Source of the DNA: Peribolospora baueri
Taxonomy: Eukaryota
Reading direction: 5' to 3'
Assembly (NCBI GenBank): GCA_029717555.1
Contig: JAMDHS010000064.1
Coordinates: forward strand, 1 to 64,000
DNA: 64,000 nt
The translations under genes and the position numbers were made by a program. The notes beneath the pieces are model-generated. The model saw only the letters and a list, made by a program, of their open reading frames with translations. It searched no databases and was not told the DNA's origin. Shown here in pieces: positions 38,408-51,936 of the stretch. Positions within the stretch are counted from its first letter, which is position 1; each line of letters begins with the position of its first letter.

Positions 38408-40529
38408 GCCCGGTGCGGGCCCCGGCACCCTATTCAAGCTCTCTGCTCGCAGCAGAAGTTCTGATCGGATGAGGCAGGGAGAATGGGTGTTGCAGTCGAG
38501 GTCGACGTACGGGCAAAGACTGGGCGAACCGAAGGCGACGACGAAGACGAATGTTGAAGGACGAGCGTACCCGCACGAGCCTGGGACCGGTGCCTCTTTC
38601 CTCAAGTTTCCTCCCCCACCCTCAGATTCCCTATCCCCTCCTCTCCTGCTCGACTTCAATTTGACGGATCATGATGCCTGTCGACTCAAGTTATGGATTG
38701 AACTTGGGGGACATCGACAGTGAAAGGAACGATTGCGACAACGACGGCGGCGATGGCATTCAGAGAACTGGCTCGTACGCGTAGGCAAGCAACGTCACTC
38801 ATCACCGTACCGCTCAGTACAACTCGGCACCGCTCTCTTCTAGTCGCCTGTACGCTGGGCTTCGTTCGTCGACCACCCGATCCTCACATTATTTCCTCTA
38901 TTCTCACGTTTCTCTCACCCCCATAGCACTCTTCCCTTCCCGCCATTGGTACGGAATCATTCAACAGAACTGTTCATCGCATATGTAGTTCTCCTCTCCT
39001 CCATCCATCTATCCATGCCAGGGATCCCTTTTCCTTCGCTTATCCTCAAATCTCCCTCCCAACCTATCTCCCTGCACGCCAATTCCTTCCGACCATGCGC
39101 TTCTCTCTCAGTTCCTGTATCAGTATTTCGTTTCCGCTGTACATCTCGTCTCGGTATCTTCGATCTCGTCCGTTCAAAATAACGAGTCCGTCTGGCTTCT
39201 TTTGTCTTTCATGAGTGTGCTTGGCGTTCTTTCGACGACGGTCGTCATCGAACTTGTGAGCTTCTAATGCCCCAGAGAAATCTGTATCTTATGAGAGCAT
39301 AACGATCAGCGATCGGCCCTTGGCTCGAGAGCTGAATTCAGGCTCACAATCCGTTACCCACATCGTCCCACGGTCGCTAAACGTCGCGTCGAAAAGACTC
39401 GTATTGCGCGCCTGCACGTCATTCGCCGCCTTACTAGACATCCATGAAACGCCAGGAATGTCCGTGGGAAGCCGGAGAGCGACTGGCTGGCGACGGGCAG
39501 CCTTCCTCCAGTTGGTCTTCGCTCCACGACCCTAGTTCCACAATTCAGATTGATCTTCGGCTTCCGTGGTGCCGCGTAGCCTCCACCCGCCCTCCCCCGT
39601 TTTCATCTCTCTCTCCTCCTGAGCGCTTAGGTGGGCGCGGTTCCTGACAAGTTCCGTGTGGGTGATTCCTAGATCTGCAGGCATGATTTCATACCCGGTT
39701 TTGCCTGGAGGTCGTCCGTCCGCTCCCTGTCCATCGGCTCTGAAGTTTGCGTGGACAGGCATTGGGCGAAGGCGAGCCAAATGCATTTTATGGAGTTTTC
39801 CGCCAGCCAGGTCTCGTCGGGCTACGTCTGTTGGCAAAGCGCATCGCACAGTCGGCTTCCGTTCCCGAGTTTGCTCGTCCCACGCCCTCGTTTTTACATA
39901 CTGCACGACGAGAATAGCTATAAAGGAGTTGAGAGTACGGACGGACGGAACGGTCGAGCTCGGAGATACGCAGTCTTGCACGGAATGGTTAATCGCAATC
40001 CCACAACCATGGTCACGAGCCACCTGGATATGATGACGACGGTAGGGTGCGATCGGATGGAGCAAGCCGGTGTCCGGTCCTGCTAAGTGGCAACGCCCCT
40101 TCCAAGGAGGCCGTCTAGCACCACCAGGCCACATCACAGACAATGCCGACTGCGCTTCTGCGGATAAATTGAACTTGTAGTCCTTCCGGAGGAGCCTGGT
40201 CATTGATGCAACGAGCTTGGCCAGGTTGAAAGTGAAGCAGTAGAAGCTTGCAAGTCGGCTTGCAGCGCCGATCGCACGGCGACTATGGCAGTTCGCTATT
40301 GCTGGTCAGGCTGCCGGTCCATCGTGTATTACACTGTGACGGACTGTCCCAACTCGCAGTGGAATTCGGCAGATGCGTCATTTCGCTGCCCATGTCCAAA
40401 GCAACGCAGAAGAAAATCTTCCTCCTTGTTTCCTTTCATCACCTCGCGCTCCTGCCGTCCCTTCCCGTCCACTACGTCCGTCACCTTCTCTCTTTGCCTC
40501 CCCGACTTCTTCGCTGGCCCGGAAAAGCT

Positions 40530-41777
40530 TTACCTGTCCCTATTTCGCTCGAATCGCTTCAAGCCATCGAAGCCAGGAGTCCGCCTGCTGGATGACACGT
40601 CATTGCCGTTACGGCCCACTCTGGCCGCCCTGCGATGCACTTCTGCCAGCGCGTAGCGCACTTGGGAGAGGATGGTGGGCATGGGGAGGCGATACAGCGT
40701 TGGTGAGGGTTGAAGGACGTAGAGGTGGTCTGGTTGGAATCGGGGAATATGGAAACCATGGGACGGGACGTCACTTGAGCATCATTCTTCCTTGCGGTTC
40801 TCCACATCCTTGCCATCCTTTCCTACTCGGCGAATGCAGTCCCACTCACCTTTTAGCACCCATTCGGCCGCATCGCCCTCCATCCCACGCGTACGTCTTC
40901 GTACCCTACTCCAACGGCCCTGAGCTTCTGCCCCCTCTTCCCGAGACCCGGCTTCGGATTCGCCGTGCTCATCGGCGGACTCGTGACCCATGTTCCTTCC
41001 GACGACGAGCCCAAAAGCTGTATGAAGTCGCGTGCGTACCCGGCTACGCACGACGGCGTCCTTGGAGATTTTCTTTTTGCTGACGATGATTAGCAAGCGA
41101 ATCTCCACCGTGCGGCTTCCTTCTGTGCCTCGCTCGCCTTCTGCCCCTGTCTTCGCCATTGTACATCCATCCCGAGCGTGACCGTGAGCTTCGTCAGGTG
41201 GAGGTGGAAGCCAGGAAGGCCATCCAGGTCGAGGAGCGTAATCTGGAGGCACGACACGCAGAGAGAAGTGATCCGTATGGAGGACATTGAGGCCCGGGAT
41301 GCGCTTGCCGAAGCCGAAGATGGTCTCTGTCGGTATGAAATCTCTTGGAACTGTGGAGATCTGGAATAGGTCAGGGAGACCAAAAAATGCAAATAAAAGA
41401 ACAGTCGGTGACGTGAGATTGAATTCGTGAATGGAAAAAGAGGCTCGTTTCCACATCAAGCCTCAGGAGCGGTGCACACCTCGTCGGACAAATGCGCAAC
41501 CAGGCTCGCTCACTTTCACTTTCCGCTTCGCCTTGGGCAAATGGGTGAGCAGAGGTACCGTCCCATCTGGTCGCTCTACATCGGCGTCCTCGTCGCGCGT
41601 CGGAGTGTGTGCAGGCTCAGCGGCCAGCGTCGTATTTGGTCGGCCTACACGAGCGGCGGCAAGGGGCCCACCGTTACGGGTGGCCAGAACGAGGAGACAT
41701 GGCAAGCGGCAGCGAGCAAGAACACGCGGACGGCTTGCTATGGCAAAGAACGCGCCGATACCGACGCCAGATGGCAT
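40530..41777 (-). CDS. RnpA (bacterial RNase P protein)-like protein with a presequence-like N-terminus, 3 exons, about 324 aa
   Basis: Exons 41777-41514, 41360-40850 and 40729-40530 splice in frame through GTGAG..CAG introns. Motifs are HFSLRVV, IRLLIIVSKKKISKDAVVRSRVRTRLHTAFGLVV and WVLKDHLYVLQPSPTLYRLPMPTILSQVRYAL. Confidence 0.72.
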
Positions 41778-41997
41778 GCCTGCTCTGTCCTTCCAGTCGT
41801 TCGTCGTTACCAGCGTCGGCCACCGCCAAAATAACACACCCGATTACCGCTGTCGCCGCAGTCTCGGAGTTCAGCGTCGGTAGACGGATGTGACCGATCG
41901 TCCATTGCATGTCGTCCAAGGATCGTTTTCCCTCTCCGGAGCAGCCACTGCCTCTCGCCTCTTGACCCCCATCTCTCTGCCTATTCGCTTCCTCGGG

Positions 41998-44900
41998 ATG
42001 GCCGTGGGAGGCACACTCCCGACCGTGGAGGAGGGATTCTCCAAAGATCCTCGCGCCCAAGTTGCGCAGCTGCAGCAGGCGGACGGGCCGCAGGGGTCTC
42101 CGGACATTGCACAAAGCGATGATGGAGAAGCACCAACGACGACAGCGTCTGCGCTGGCAGCTCTGACAGCATCGCCGTCAGCGTCAGGATCGGATCCGAC
42201 ATTGGAACCCGCGGAGTTGGACCAGAAGAATGGGAAGGATAGCAGCACCGCTCCAGACGCGGCGCAAGCGCACCGGCTGGCGCAACCGCCGAGCGAATCG
42301 CCAGCCGGCACTCAGGCTCGACCGCCTTCTACGCAAAACTCGCTCTCGGAGCATCCTCAGCCGAACGGGGACGCCGACCAAGCACCGGAACGACCAGAAT
42401 CCCCACCCATAGAGCCTCGGGAGAGGTTCGAATGGCAGAACATGCTTACCTCCGTCCTCCGCGGCGACGTGCTCCGCTCCGAGACGACCCGCATCAGCAG
42501 CGTGGACGCTCGTGTCTTGACCCGCGAGGAGACGATGTACCGTCGCTGGCTCGAAGTGCGCGCGGCTTTGCGAGGAAGGAGAGGACCGATGGAGATGGAG
42601 AAGGAGGAGAAACGTCTTAAGAACGTTGGCAGATGCAGAGCCGAGGAGGTACTCGCTGCTGTCAAGGCGTTTGGAGAGGAAGACAAGGAGAAGGCAAGTC
42701 GATTGGAGCGGAGCGGCGAGGTGGCTGGAGGCCAAAAGAGGAATGGTGTGCATGCGGATGAGGGGGCGGCTGCAGCGCTCGTGGCCGGTACCTCGGGCAT
42801 CTTCCATGAAGTCAGCCAACTCCTTGACCGCGTGGACGAAGTGGAGAATTTGTTCCCGACGAGCAAGAAGATGCTCGAGATCGTTCCGGAGTGGGGCGAG
42901 GCCGCGGTACAGAAGAAATTGGCTGCGCTCTACAGCTGGTACAGCGTCACCACCAGCCTCCAGCTGCAAGTTTCCATCCTCCAGAAGTGGACCGGGAACG
43001 CCGACTTGGACATCGAACGGCACATCACTCGCGATGACGAGCCGGTCAGACGCCTTTCCGATGGCGGAAGAGTCGCCTTCGCTTCGTTCTCTGAGAGGGG
43101 CAAGATGGAACAGACGACCTTCGTGGAGCGGATTTTGAAGGAAGGCAGTTTGCAGAGCACGTTCGAACGTCGTACTCTCCGTGCGCTCAGCTTGTTGGCG
43201 CGCAAAGCAAAGTCGACAATCAAGTCCAACTCTCCCATCTGGAATCGTCTCCGCCTGCCGAGTTTCGAGCCCGACCTCCTCAAGCTCGTCAATTTCCCGA
43301 CAAAGCTCATGGAGGGAGCCCTCAAGCTGCGCCTTGACTACGCCGGAAAGCTCAAGGAACCTAACATCGTCATTGTTGACTCGCTCATCGAGGACTTCCG
43401 AACGTCTATCGCCCTTGCGTGCCGGATCAAGAAGGAATACCTCGCGATCATCGAACCCGATCCGGATGCTGGGTGGGATCTACCGCCCTGCATCGATGAA
43501 CAGTATGATGCCGTCTTGAGGGATGCCCTTAGGTTCTTCTTCAAACTTCTTAACTTCAAACTCAAGGGAGGCACTCAGTACAAAGAAGCTGAGGTGTTCG
43601 AGTCCGAGTGGATGGTCTTGAGCACCGCCGTTGAAGTCATTGACGGAGGCGACTTGATCGTCGCTGAACAGATTACGTGAGTGGCCTCCTTCATGATTGT
43701 CTTTCGTAACGAAATCTTAGTAGCGACTGACCCCTCTGGCTCGTACCCTCCCCCTTTCTTCACCTTGGTTAGATCCGTCGTCAACAAGCTCCTCGTTCGT
43801 CTGGGTTCCTACTTTCAGCGAGATCTTGCAGCCCCGTCAAATGTCGAACGCCGCCCACTTCCCCAAGCTGCGCCCGGCCGTCCTCCGCTGCCTCCGGGTC
43901 AGTCTAGTCGTCTGGGACGCTCCGGCCCAAGCGCGGCCGGCGGCGTCAACCAAGGCCGAGTGCGCATGACTCATGAGGAGAAGCAAAGGTGGATCCAGAC
44001 GCTATATGACAATGTCAGGATAAGAGTGCGAAAGATGTTGGGTTTTGCTAGGTGAGCCCGTCCCATTGTCTGACGCGCATAGGTTTATAGCGAAACATAG
44101 GTTTACGCTCGGAGAGTTGTGTCTGTGCAGGGATATATGTCATCGCCTCTCAAATGCGGCCGAGTACGACCTCTCCACGGCAGATCTCGCCCATTTTATG
44201 AACACGCTCGTGGACGCGGATTACTTCCTCGTCTACACCGAGACATTCGAGGAGAACGGCATTTACGTCATCGCCGAACCATCGTTGCAGGACAAGCCCG
44301 AGCTGGTACGACAGCTGCTCACCAAGTGTATCCGGCGACTGCAAGCCGCCGATGAGAGGGACACCACCACTCTGAAACGTCGAACAGTAGATGACCCAGC
44401 GGCCCACGACGCTGCCGGTGCTCACGACGGTCAGGCCGGTAACGTGAACTCGGCCGATGAGGCCGTCGACTTGGAAGGTTTGCATTATCTCCTGCTCATG
44501 TCGCCACGCGACCCTTTCCTGTGGACGGGCCGCATCATGAATCTCGAAGTTCCTCCGGTGGACATCGACCTCAAGGATCGCCGAGTGCGCCTCATCGCAG
44601 ACGGTCCAAAAAAGCGACTACGATTGGCTAAAGAGCACTTCTATGCCCTTTTCACCGAGCTCGATCGCGGTCAGTTCCCCTTGGAGACGATCAGAGAGCA
44701 CACCGCTCACATCTCGACCGTTCGTATGGAGATAAAGCGCATCAACCGCAACACCTTCAAGCTCTGTGATACCCTCATTCGCTCTGTTCCTCGCGTACAA
44801 ATGGCCATGCGCGGCAGTCCCAACGGTCAGGACGTCATAGAATTTTGTTTCAGCATGGTCTCCGAGCAGGGACAGCGAGTTCTCCCATATATCGAGAGCA

Positions 44901-47274
44901 AGAAGTTGCAGAACAGGCTGTCCCTAGGCTTGATCAAAGTGGCCATCAACTGGGTCGCCTTTATCACCGACGACTGCGTGCCGACGGATCGCAAGACGTT
45001 CAAGTGGGCCGTCGCCGCACTCGAAAACATCGTCATCATGACGCGCGGCGACAACATCCTCAATCTCAAAGAGGCCGAATTCGACTTGCTTCGCAGCAAA
45101 GTGGCAAGCTGCATGAGTCTGCTCATTAGTCACTTCGACATCATGGGAGCGCGGTCGAGTTTCGAGGCCAAGAAGGAAAGGGAGCGTCTCGACAGAGAGC
45201 GCGCGGAGAGGGAGCGCTTGGAAATGGCTTTGGGCAAGAAACAACAGTCCTCGCTGGAAGCACAAAATTCTTCGATGCGCGGTGCAGCACCCGACGCTAC
45301 CGCCGTCGGCAACTTGAAGGCCATGGTGTCCAAGGTGGCTGGCGGCGGAGTGGTGCCGCAACCGTCAGTCGATCCCGCTTACATGCCCGACAAGAGCATT
45401 CGTCTGCAGCGCGAACGATGGCTGCAGAAGGTGGCCGAGTGGAACCAGGCTCGCCAAGAGATCGAACTCGAGCAGCGGCTGATCGGTCGAGTGATGGATG
45501 AGACTCGAGCTGAAGACCGTGGACTCTTGTATCTGGTCTCGTCGGGGTCACGCGTTCAGATCCGATGGCAGCAAGGCCGTTTCATCGGCGGTGGCACGTT
45601 CGGCTCCGTCTACCTTGCTGTCAACCTCGACTCGGGTGTACTGATGGCGGTCAAGGAGATCCGATTCCAGGACATCTCAACTAACCCCGGTCTCCTCAAG
45701 CAGATCAAGGACGAGATGAGCGTCATGGAGATGCTCCATCACGCGAACATTGTCGAGTACTACGGCATCGAGGTCCATCGCGACAAGGTCTACATCTTCG
45801 AAGAATATTGTCAGGGCGGCAGCCTGGCGCAGCTGCTGGAGCACGGAAGGATCGAGGATGAGGCGGTCATTCAGATCTACACGCTGCAGATGCTCGAAGG
45901 GTTGATGTACCTGCACTCCAAGAACGTTATTCATAGGGATATAAAGCCTGAGAGTGAGTCATCACGCTTCTTGGCAATGTCTCCTTCCGTGTGATTTCCA
46001 CAATCCTTCCCAATGCTCACTCGTGAGCCGATTTCATCCAGACATCCTGCTCGACCATCGGGGCGTCATCAAGTTCGTCGACTTCGGCGCTGCCAAGGTC
46101 ATCTCCAAGAATGCCCGGACCATCCACCGCACGATCCAGAGGACTCGAAAAGGCATGGGTTTGGGCATGGGCCACTTCGGCGGCGCGGGGGGGATGCTCG
46201 GCCCTGACGGAAAACCAGCTGCTGGCGCGATGGGCAGCCTTACGGGAACGCCGATGTATATGTCTCCGGAGGTGATCAAGGGCGACACCAGAGGGAAACC
46301 GGGCGCGATGGACATCTGGGCGCTTGGATGCGTCGTGCTGGAGTGTGCGACAGGGAGGAAGCCGTGGAGCCAGCTGGACAATGAATGGTGAGTGTTGACG
46401 AGCTGGCACCGGTAGGGACGAAGGCGTTATCGAATCGTGCGGACTTTAATATGTTGCTCACGGTGAATTGGACACGACACAAAGGGCCATCATGTTCCAC
46501 ATCGGCATCGCGACCCAACATCCGCCACTGCCTCAGCCGGGAGAGCTGAGCGCGGAGGGTATCGACTTCATTCGGCAGTGCCTTACCCTCGACCCCGACA
46601 AGAGGCCTACGGCTGTGGAGCTCATGAACCATCCCTGGATCTCGTCACTTAGGGAGCAGCTGGCGGCCGCTTACGATGAGGAGGGTGAGTTAGATCCCGC
46701 AGCCAGACACTCTCTGGGAATACATCGTGTTCATCCCTGTTTTTCTTTCTTTTTTCGTACCTTCCTCACACCAGTCGCGGACGAAGAGCAGTACTACGCC
46801 TACTCGGACTCGGGTTCTCTCATATCACCTTCGGCCTTTTCGCCGATAGACTCGGGAGGGACGTCAGGCTCTCTGCGCTTCCAATCCAACTCGATCGGAT
46901 CCCAGACCGGAGCGGCCTTCCAGGGGCTCATGACGCCGTATCAACAATCTTCGGACAGCAGTGAGGTTTCGTTGAATCGCTCTCCCATGCTCGGAGCGAT
47001 GCACACCGCGGAGCAACAAGAGGTCTCAGCGGGGCCATCCGCAAGTGCGGCAGCTCCGGCTCCGGTTCCGGCGTCGCATCATCCCAACTTTACCCAGGCT
47101 ACATTGGATCCGCAGTCGGCTGCCGTGGCGGACGAGGCGTACAGGCAGGAAGAGGAACACACGCGAGCAATGATGACCAACAGCCCGCCCGAGAGCGGTA
47201 TTATCACCCCCACTAGTGAAAGCACGCTGGCGGAGGTGGGAAGTAGTGACGCGATTGGCCCGTTGGAGGGATAA
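41998..47274 (+). CDS. SSK2: Ssk2/Wis4-type MAPKKK of the HOG stress pathway, multi-exon
   Basis: ERFEWQNMLTSVLRGDVLRSETTR and DDCVPTDRKTFKWAVAALE. The kinase domain has WQQGRFIGGGTFGSVYLAVNLDSG.LMAVKEI, YGIEVHRDKVYIFEEYC, HRDIKPENILL, DFG, GTPMYMSPE and PWSQLDNEWAIMFHIG. Confidence 0.95.
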
Positions 47275-47610
47275 GTTTGAAGTCGTCTGGTACTTAGTTA
47301 TCGTGCCGTTGGATGGTATTCGAATGCCTTTACTTTTGGCTTCGCCCCCGTCTTCGCTTGTTCTTGTCTCCTGCTTGACCGCCTTGCATGACATTTGGAT
47401 ACCCCCAGCTCCAGCACCGCTTTCCGATCCTTTTCCCTGCCCTTCTTTTAGCATCATCTTTCCCTGGCTCTCCTCTTCGAGCATATGTACCACTATGATC
47501 GTGTGTTGTAACATCAGTATACATGCCTGTTACGTTACAGCGAACTTTATATATATTCTAGGGACGAGATGGTTCTGCAATGAGGGGGAGGGGGAGCCTC
47601 ACTGAATACA

Positions 47611-49060
47611 TTATTCCTTTATATAGCTGGGCGGTATGATGACTTGCAGGACTGGCTCCTTGAGGTTCTCGTGGGCGTAGGAGAGCTCGGAAACCTGGAG
47701 CGGAAGGGAAAAATAAAAAGTCAAGGAACACATGAAAACGCGGTCAGTCAGAGGATCAAAAAAGGGCGTGTCGAAAATATCGCTTCCGGCGTCAACCAAA
47801 CTCACTGCGCCCGCCTCTGCGGAGAACAATCTACCCTTTTCTAAAGGCAGGCCAATCCAGCGAGCGATAAAGGCGCGGAAAAAGTGGCCGTGAGCGACGA
47901 CGATCACATCTCCGCCCCTGTCACCATCCTTCTTGACGTTGTGATCCGGATGAGAGGCGAGCCATTGTTGGTGGAACTCTTGGACGGTGGAAATGATCGA
48001 GTCGACGCGGGCTGGTGGGGTCCGGGCCCAGGTGAACAAAGTGGAGAGGAGGGAGCGAATGGCGCGAAAGTCGAGTCAAAGGAAAAGGCAGGGGCGTCAG
48101 AGAGGAGCGAAGACTTTGGGTGGCAAAAAGGAAAGAAGGCGAGAAGGGAAGATTGGCACTGCAAGCTCACCTTGCATCTGTTCCACGCTCTCTCCGGGCG
48201 AGTCCTTTCCGAATATGTCTGATCCCGATGGACAGCCTTCAGTCCAGATATCCTTTCAAAAGAATAAGACAGAAAGGAAGGACCGCAATAGTCCTTTGCG
48301 TGTAAATGATACTGCTCTCTCCTCCGAAGTCGAGCAATGAAGATAGGCCTGCCTTTTGGTCCACTCACCCAGCGCTTTCCACTGCGCTTCTTTGTGACGA
48401 TGTCACGCATGGCCAGGCCTTCATAATCGCCATAATCCCATTCTCTAGCGCGCTCATCGGTGACTGGCGTGGGGAGCTGCTTCTTTTGCTCGTCGCTCAG
48501 AGAACCGGTGAGGAGTTGATAGGTCGTTTGAGCGCGACGGCGCGGAGAGAGAATGACGCGTGCGACGTGGGACGGGTCGATGGGCTCTTCGATGTTCGTC
48601 CAGGCCAGCCGAAAGGTGTGGTAAATAAAAATAAAACGAGTTGACAATCCTTGAGCAACGACACACTTGACCCTTTCCACTTTCGTACGCTCTGGAACTC
48701 TCGAGGACGCCCGTGCTCACTTCCTGGCCCGACCAACTTCCGGCCGACCTGGGCCATAACTTTCTCGCCGTGTGCCGTCAAAGGAATGTCGGAGCGGCCG
48801 GTCTATAAACACAAGCAAGACGAAAAGTGTTTTAACGCTCTCTTCCTTCTTGTGCATCAAGTGCGTCGTATCCTGTGTGTTGGACAAGACGTACGTGCTG
48901 ACCACTCAGGCTCCACTCGGTCTCTCCGTGGCGGATTACGCTGGGTCGACGAAGAGGGAAGAGGAGATACTTCCAGTCACACTTTGCCGTCGAGAGGGAA
49001 CTGTTCCTGCCAAATCCTGCGCCTCGCGCGGTACACTCACAAGCACTTTGGCATCGGCAT
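47611..49060 (-). CDS. Histidine phosphatase of the phosphoglycerate mutase family (Shb17-like), multi-exon
   Basis: Spliced [50 protein letters not shown] and DVIVVAHGHFFRAFIARW. Confidence 0.9.
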
Positions 49061-49506
49061 GTCGAGCAGACTGTATCAAGCAAGCTAGGGTGACGCAAAG
49101 CAAGGAGGCGGACGGACGATCGCCATGTCTCAGAGGGCACGTTGGTATGCATTCCGGTTCGTCAGCACCTCGCACGTGACTTGGCCCGCGCGTTCTTGCT
49201 TCATGCGGCGTCCAAGGCTGCCTGTCGTTCCGCTAGGCGGGCGGACTCACCGGCTGAGATAGGAATATGGGGCCGTGCTGAGAGTGACTGCTTGGTGGGG
49301 CCGCTGCGAGAAGGAAGGATGAGATCCGCGTTGGCTAAGGGCTTGTCGACAGAAAGATGCCGTCGTCCTTTTTTCGCGTTGACGCGGATGCATGTTGAGA
49401 ATAAGTTCCAGTGCTTAGGGACGCGCGGCGGCTTGACATGACATGACGCGCGACGACGAACGACGACGACGGGTGGAAGAGAAAAAGCCAAGTTCAGGGA
49501 TACATC

Positions 49507-51387
49507 ATGACACCTTCCTCCGAGCTCACGTTCTACTTCCTCGGCACCGGCACCTCCTCCGCAGTTCCCTCTGTTGGCTGCCTCACTCAGCCCGACGCCA
49601 GACGCGCATGCAGGTGCTGTCTCTCCACCCTCGCACCGGACGGCAGCGGAAAGAAGAACGTGAGGAGGAACACGGGCGCGGCAGTGAGGTGGAAAGACGA
49701 GAAGGGGATAGGTAGGACTTTGTTGATCGACTGTGGGAAGACGTTTTACACCAGGTGCGTCCCATCCATTCTCGTTCGCTGCCGAGCTGAGCCAACGAAT
49801 GCCCGCCGGGATGACTGCCACTCATCTCTTTCATGCCCCGTGTCCCTCGGTGGCCTTATCCATGCTCGGCTCAGCTGTTTGGAGTGGTTTCCCAAAGTGA
49901 GCAGCACGAATTGAGGAGGCCGAAGTGAAAGCTCTCGCGTGAGCTGACGTCGCCGGTTGGCTGCCTGCACTCTCTTCCTAGCACGGGTTACGAAAAATTG
50001 ATGCCGTGGTGCTCACCCATGCTCATGCTGACGCCATCAACGGCCTGGACGATCTTAGAGGTGGGTGGCCCAAATAGCCGGACGTGTCTACTATAAGGTT
50101 TGGTATGGCATGTTGACGATTTACATCGTCCTCATTCGACCCTCTTCCCTCTTTGGATCACTTCAGGCTGGACGCTGGGTGGCCACGTACAGTCGCACAT
50201 AGACATTTACTGTGACCAAGTGACGCTGCTGGACGTCTCCAGGACGTTTCCTTACCTTGTAAACTCTAAGCTAGCCACCGGTAAGCATGACATCTGGCCT
50301 CTCAATTTGTCTTTACTCCTAGGTGGTAGCTCCGTCTGCTGACCTCAAGCGTTTCCCCTTCCCCCCTCTCCCTCTGCTCTCGTCCGCTGTTGCAGGAGGT
50401 GGCGACGTCCCAACTTTCCGATGGCACGTCATCCAACCATCCGCTTCCTTCACCATCCACTCTCTCACCCTGAGTCCCCTCCTCGTTCACCACGGCATCT
50501 TTTTCTCGGGACCCCGCGCAGGAGAGCCTTACCCAGCGTTGGGCTTCTTGCTTGAGCGAGAACGTCAGCGCCTGGTGTACATCAGCGATACGGGTTTCAT
50601 TCCCGAGGAAACTTGGGAGGTGGTAGAGGGGAAGAGAATCCTGCCGAAAAGGAATCCGCGTATGCTGGGATATGACATCTCCTTGGATGCGCTAGCCGAT
50701 GAGGGGAATCCTTTGGCGGTAATGCCGATGGCGAAGGGTGGCGCGGACGAGTGGGAGAGCGCTCCAGAGGGCTGGTTCGCACAAGCCAAGGGGAGGGTGG
50801 ACGCGCTGATGGAGCATGACACTGCGCGAGCGAGGGGCACCGCGACGCCCACCGGGCCTTCCAACACACCGACCGCTCTGACGAGGCCCTGTTCCCCTAT
50901 TCCCGACGCCTCGTCACCGCGCCCTTCAACATGGACTCCACCGACAACGACCCTCCTTATCCTGGACTGCCTCAAACTTCGCTCCCACACCTCCCACTTC
51001 GGGGTCGCAAAGGCCGTACAAGCCTCCCGTCGAGTGGGAGCGAAGAAGACGTACTTCGTTGGCTTTTCGCATGAGCAAACGCATCGGGATTGGGTCACGG
51101 CTTGTAAAGCTTTTGGGGAAGCGACGACGGGCGGAAACGGAGAGGGGGATGAGGACGAACCGGACTCGTACGCGCTGGCCTTTCGAGAAAAAGCGCTCTC
51201 GGCCGTAGCAGCTCAAGACGCCTCGGCACCGCTAACACCGACATCTGTACCCGGGTCGGAGTCCTCCGGAGGCGACAAGTGGCACGGGGAGAGGAGAGTG
51301 TGGATTCGCCCCGCGTACGATGGGCTCAAGGTCGTCGTCGATGAGAAGGGGGAAGTGAGGGCCGACGGGTACGGGTTGCAAGAGTAG
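49507..51387 (+). CDS. PhnP-like metallo-beta-lactamase-fold hydrolase, multi-exon
   Basis: [71 protein letters not shown] and RPAYDGL. Confidence 0.9.
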
Positions 51388-51936
51388 CAAGATTGGTACG
51401 GTTGGGCGGCGGTAGAAAGGAAGGTAGCGTTAGGGAAAGACGGTACTGCTCATTTATCTAGCTGCCTCGACTGGGTATGTGCTCGAGGTGCGTGTGGAGC
51501 CATCAGGGAGTTGAATTGTCCACCCACCCTGCGTATTCTAAGCGAGGGTCGGACATTACATAGCCCCGACAACACCGGCTACAATGAACTGGGAGTCGAA
51601 GGGGGAGGGAAGGGGGGAATTGGGGGACATCTTTATTTAATAGCTGAACGTACTCCCACCTTGGGAACTTTACCAGGCCAACTTGCGCATCGAGTTCTCG
51701 CCTTCCTACCACGCCAAATGGTAGCGACGAAGCCAACTTCGAAACCGAAAGATCACGAATAGACGTGCGACTGTAGCAACCTTTACTGCCAGGCGAACGC
51801 TGTGGTTCCGCAATCGGAGCTATATTCCAAGTTCCCAGGGTTGTGGATGATAGTGTACATACCGGTGAGGGAGATAATAGACGTGCAGAAGGGAGGGAAC
51901 AATGCATCGCACCGCCACGATGAGACCGTTCTGAAT

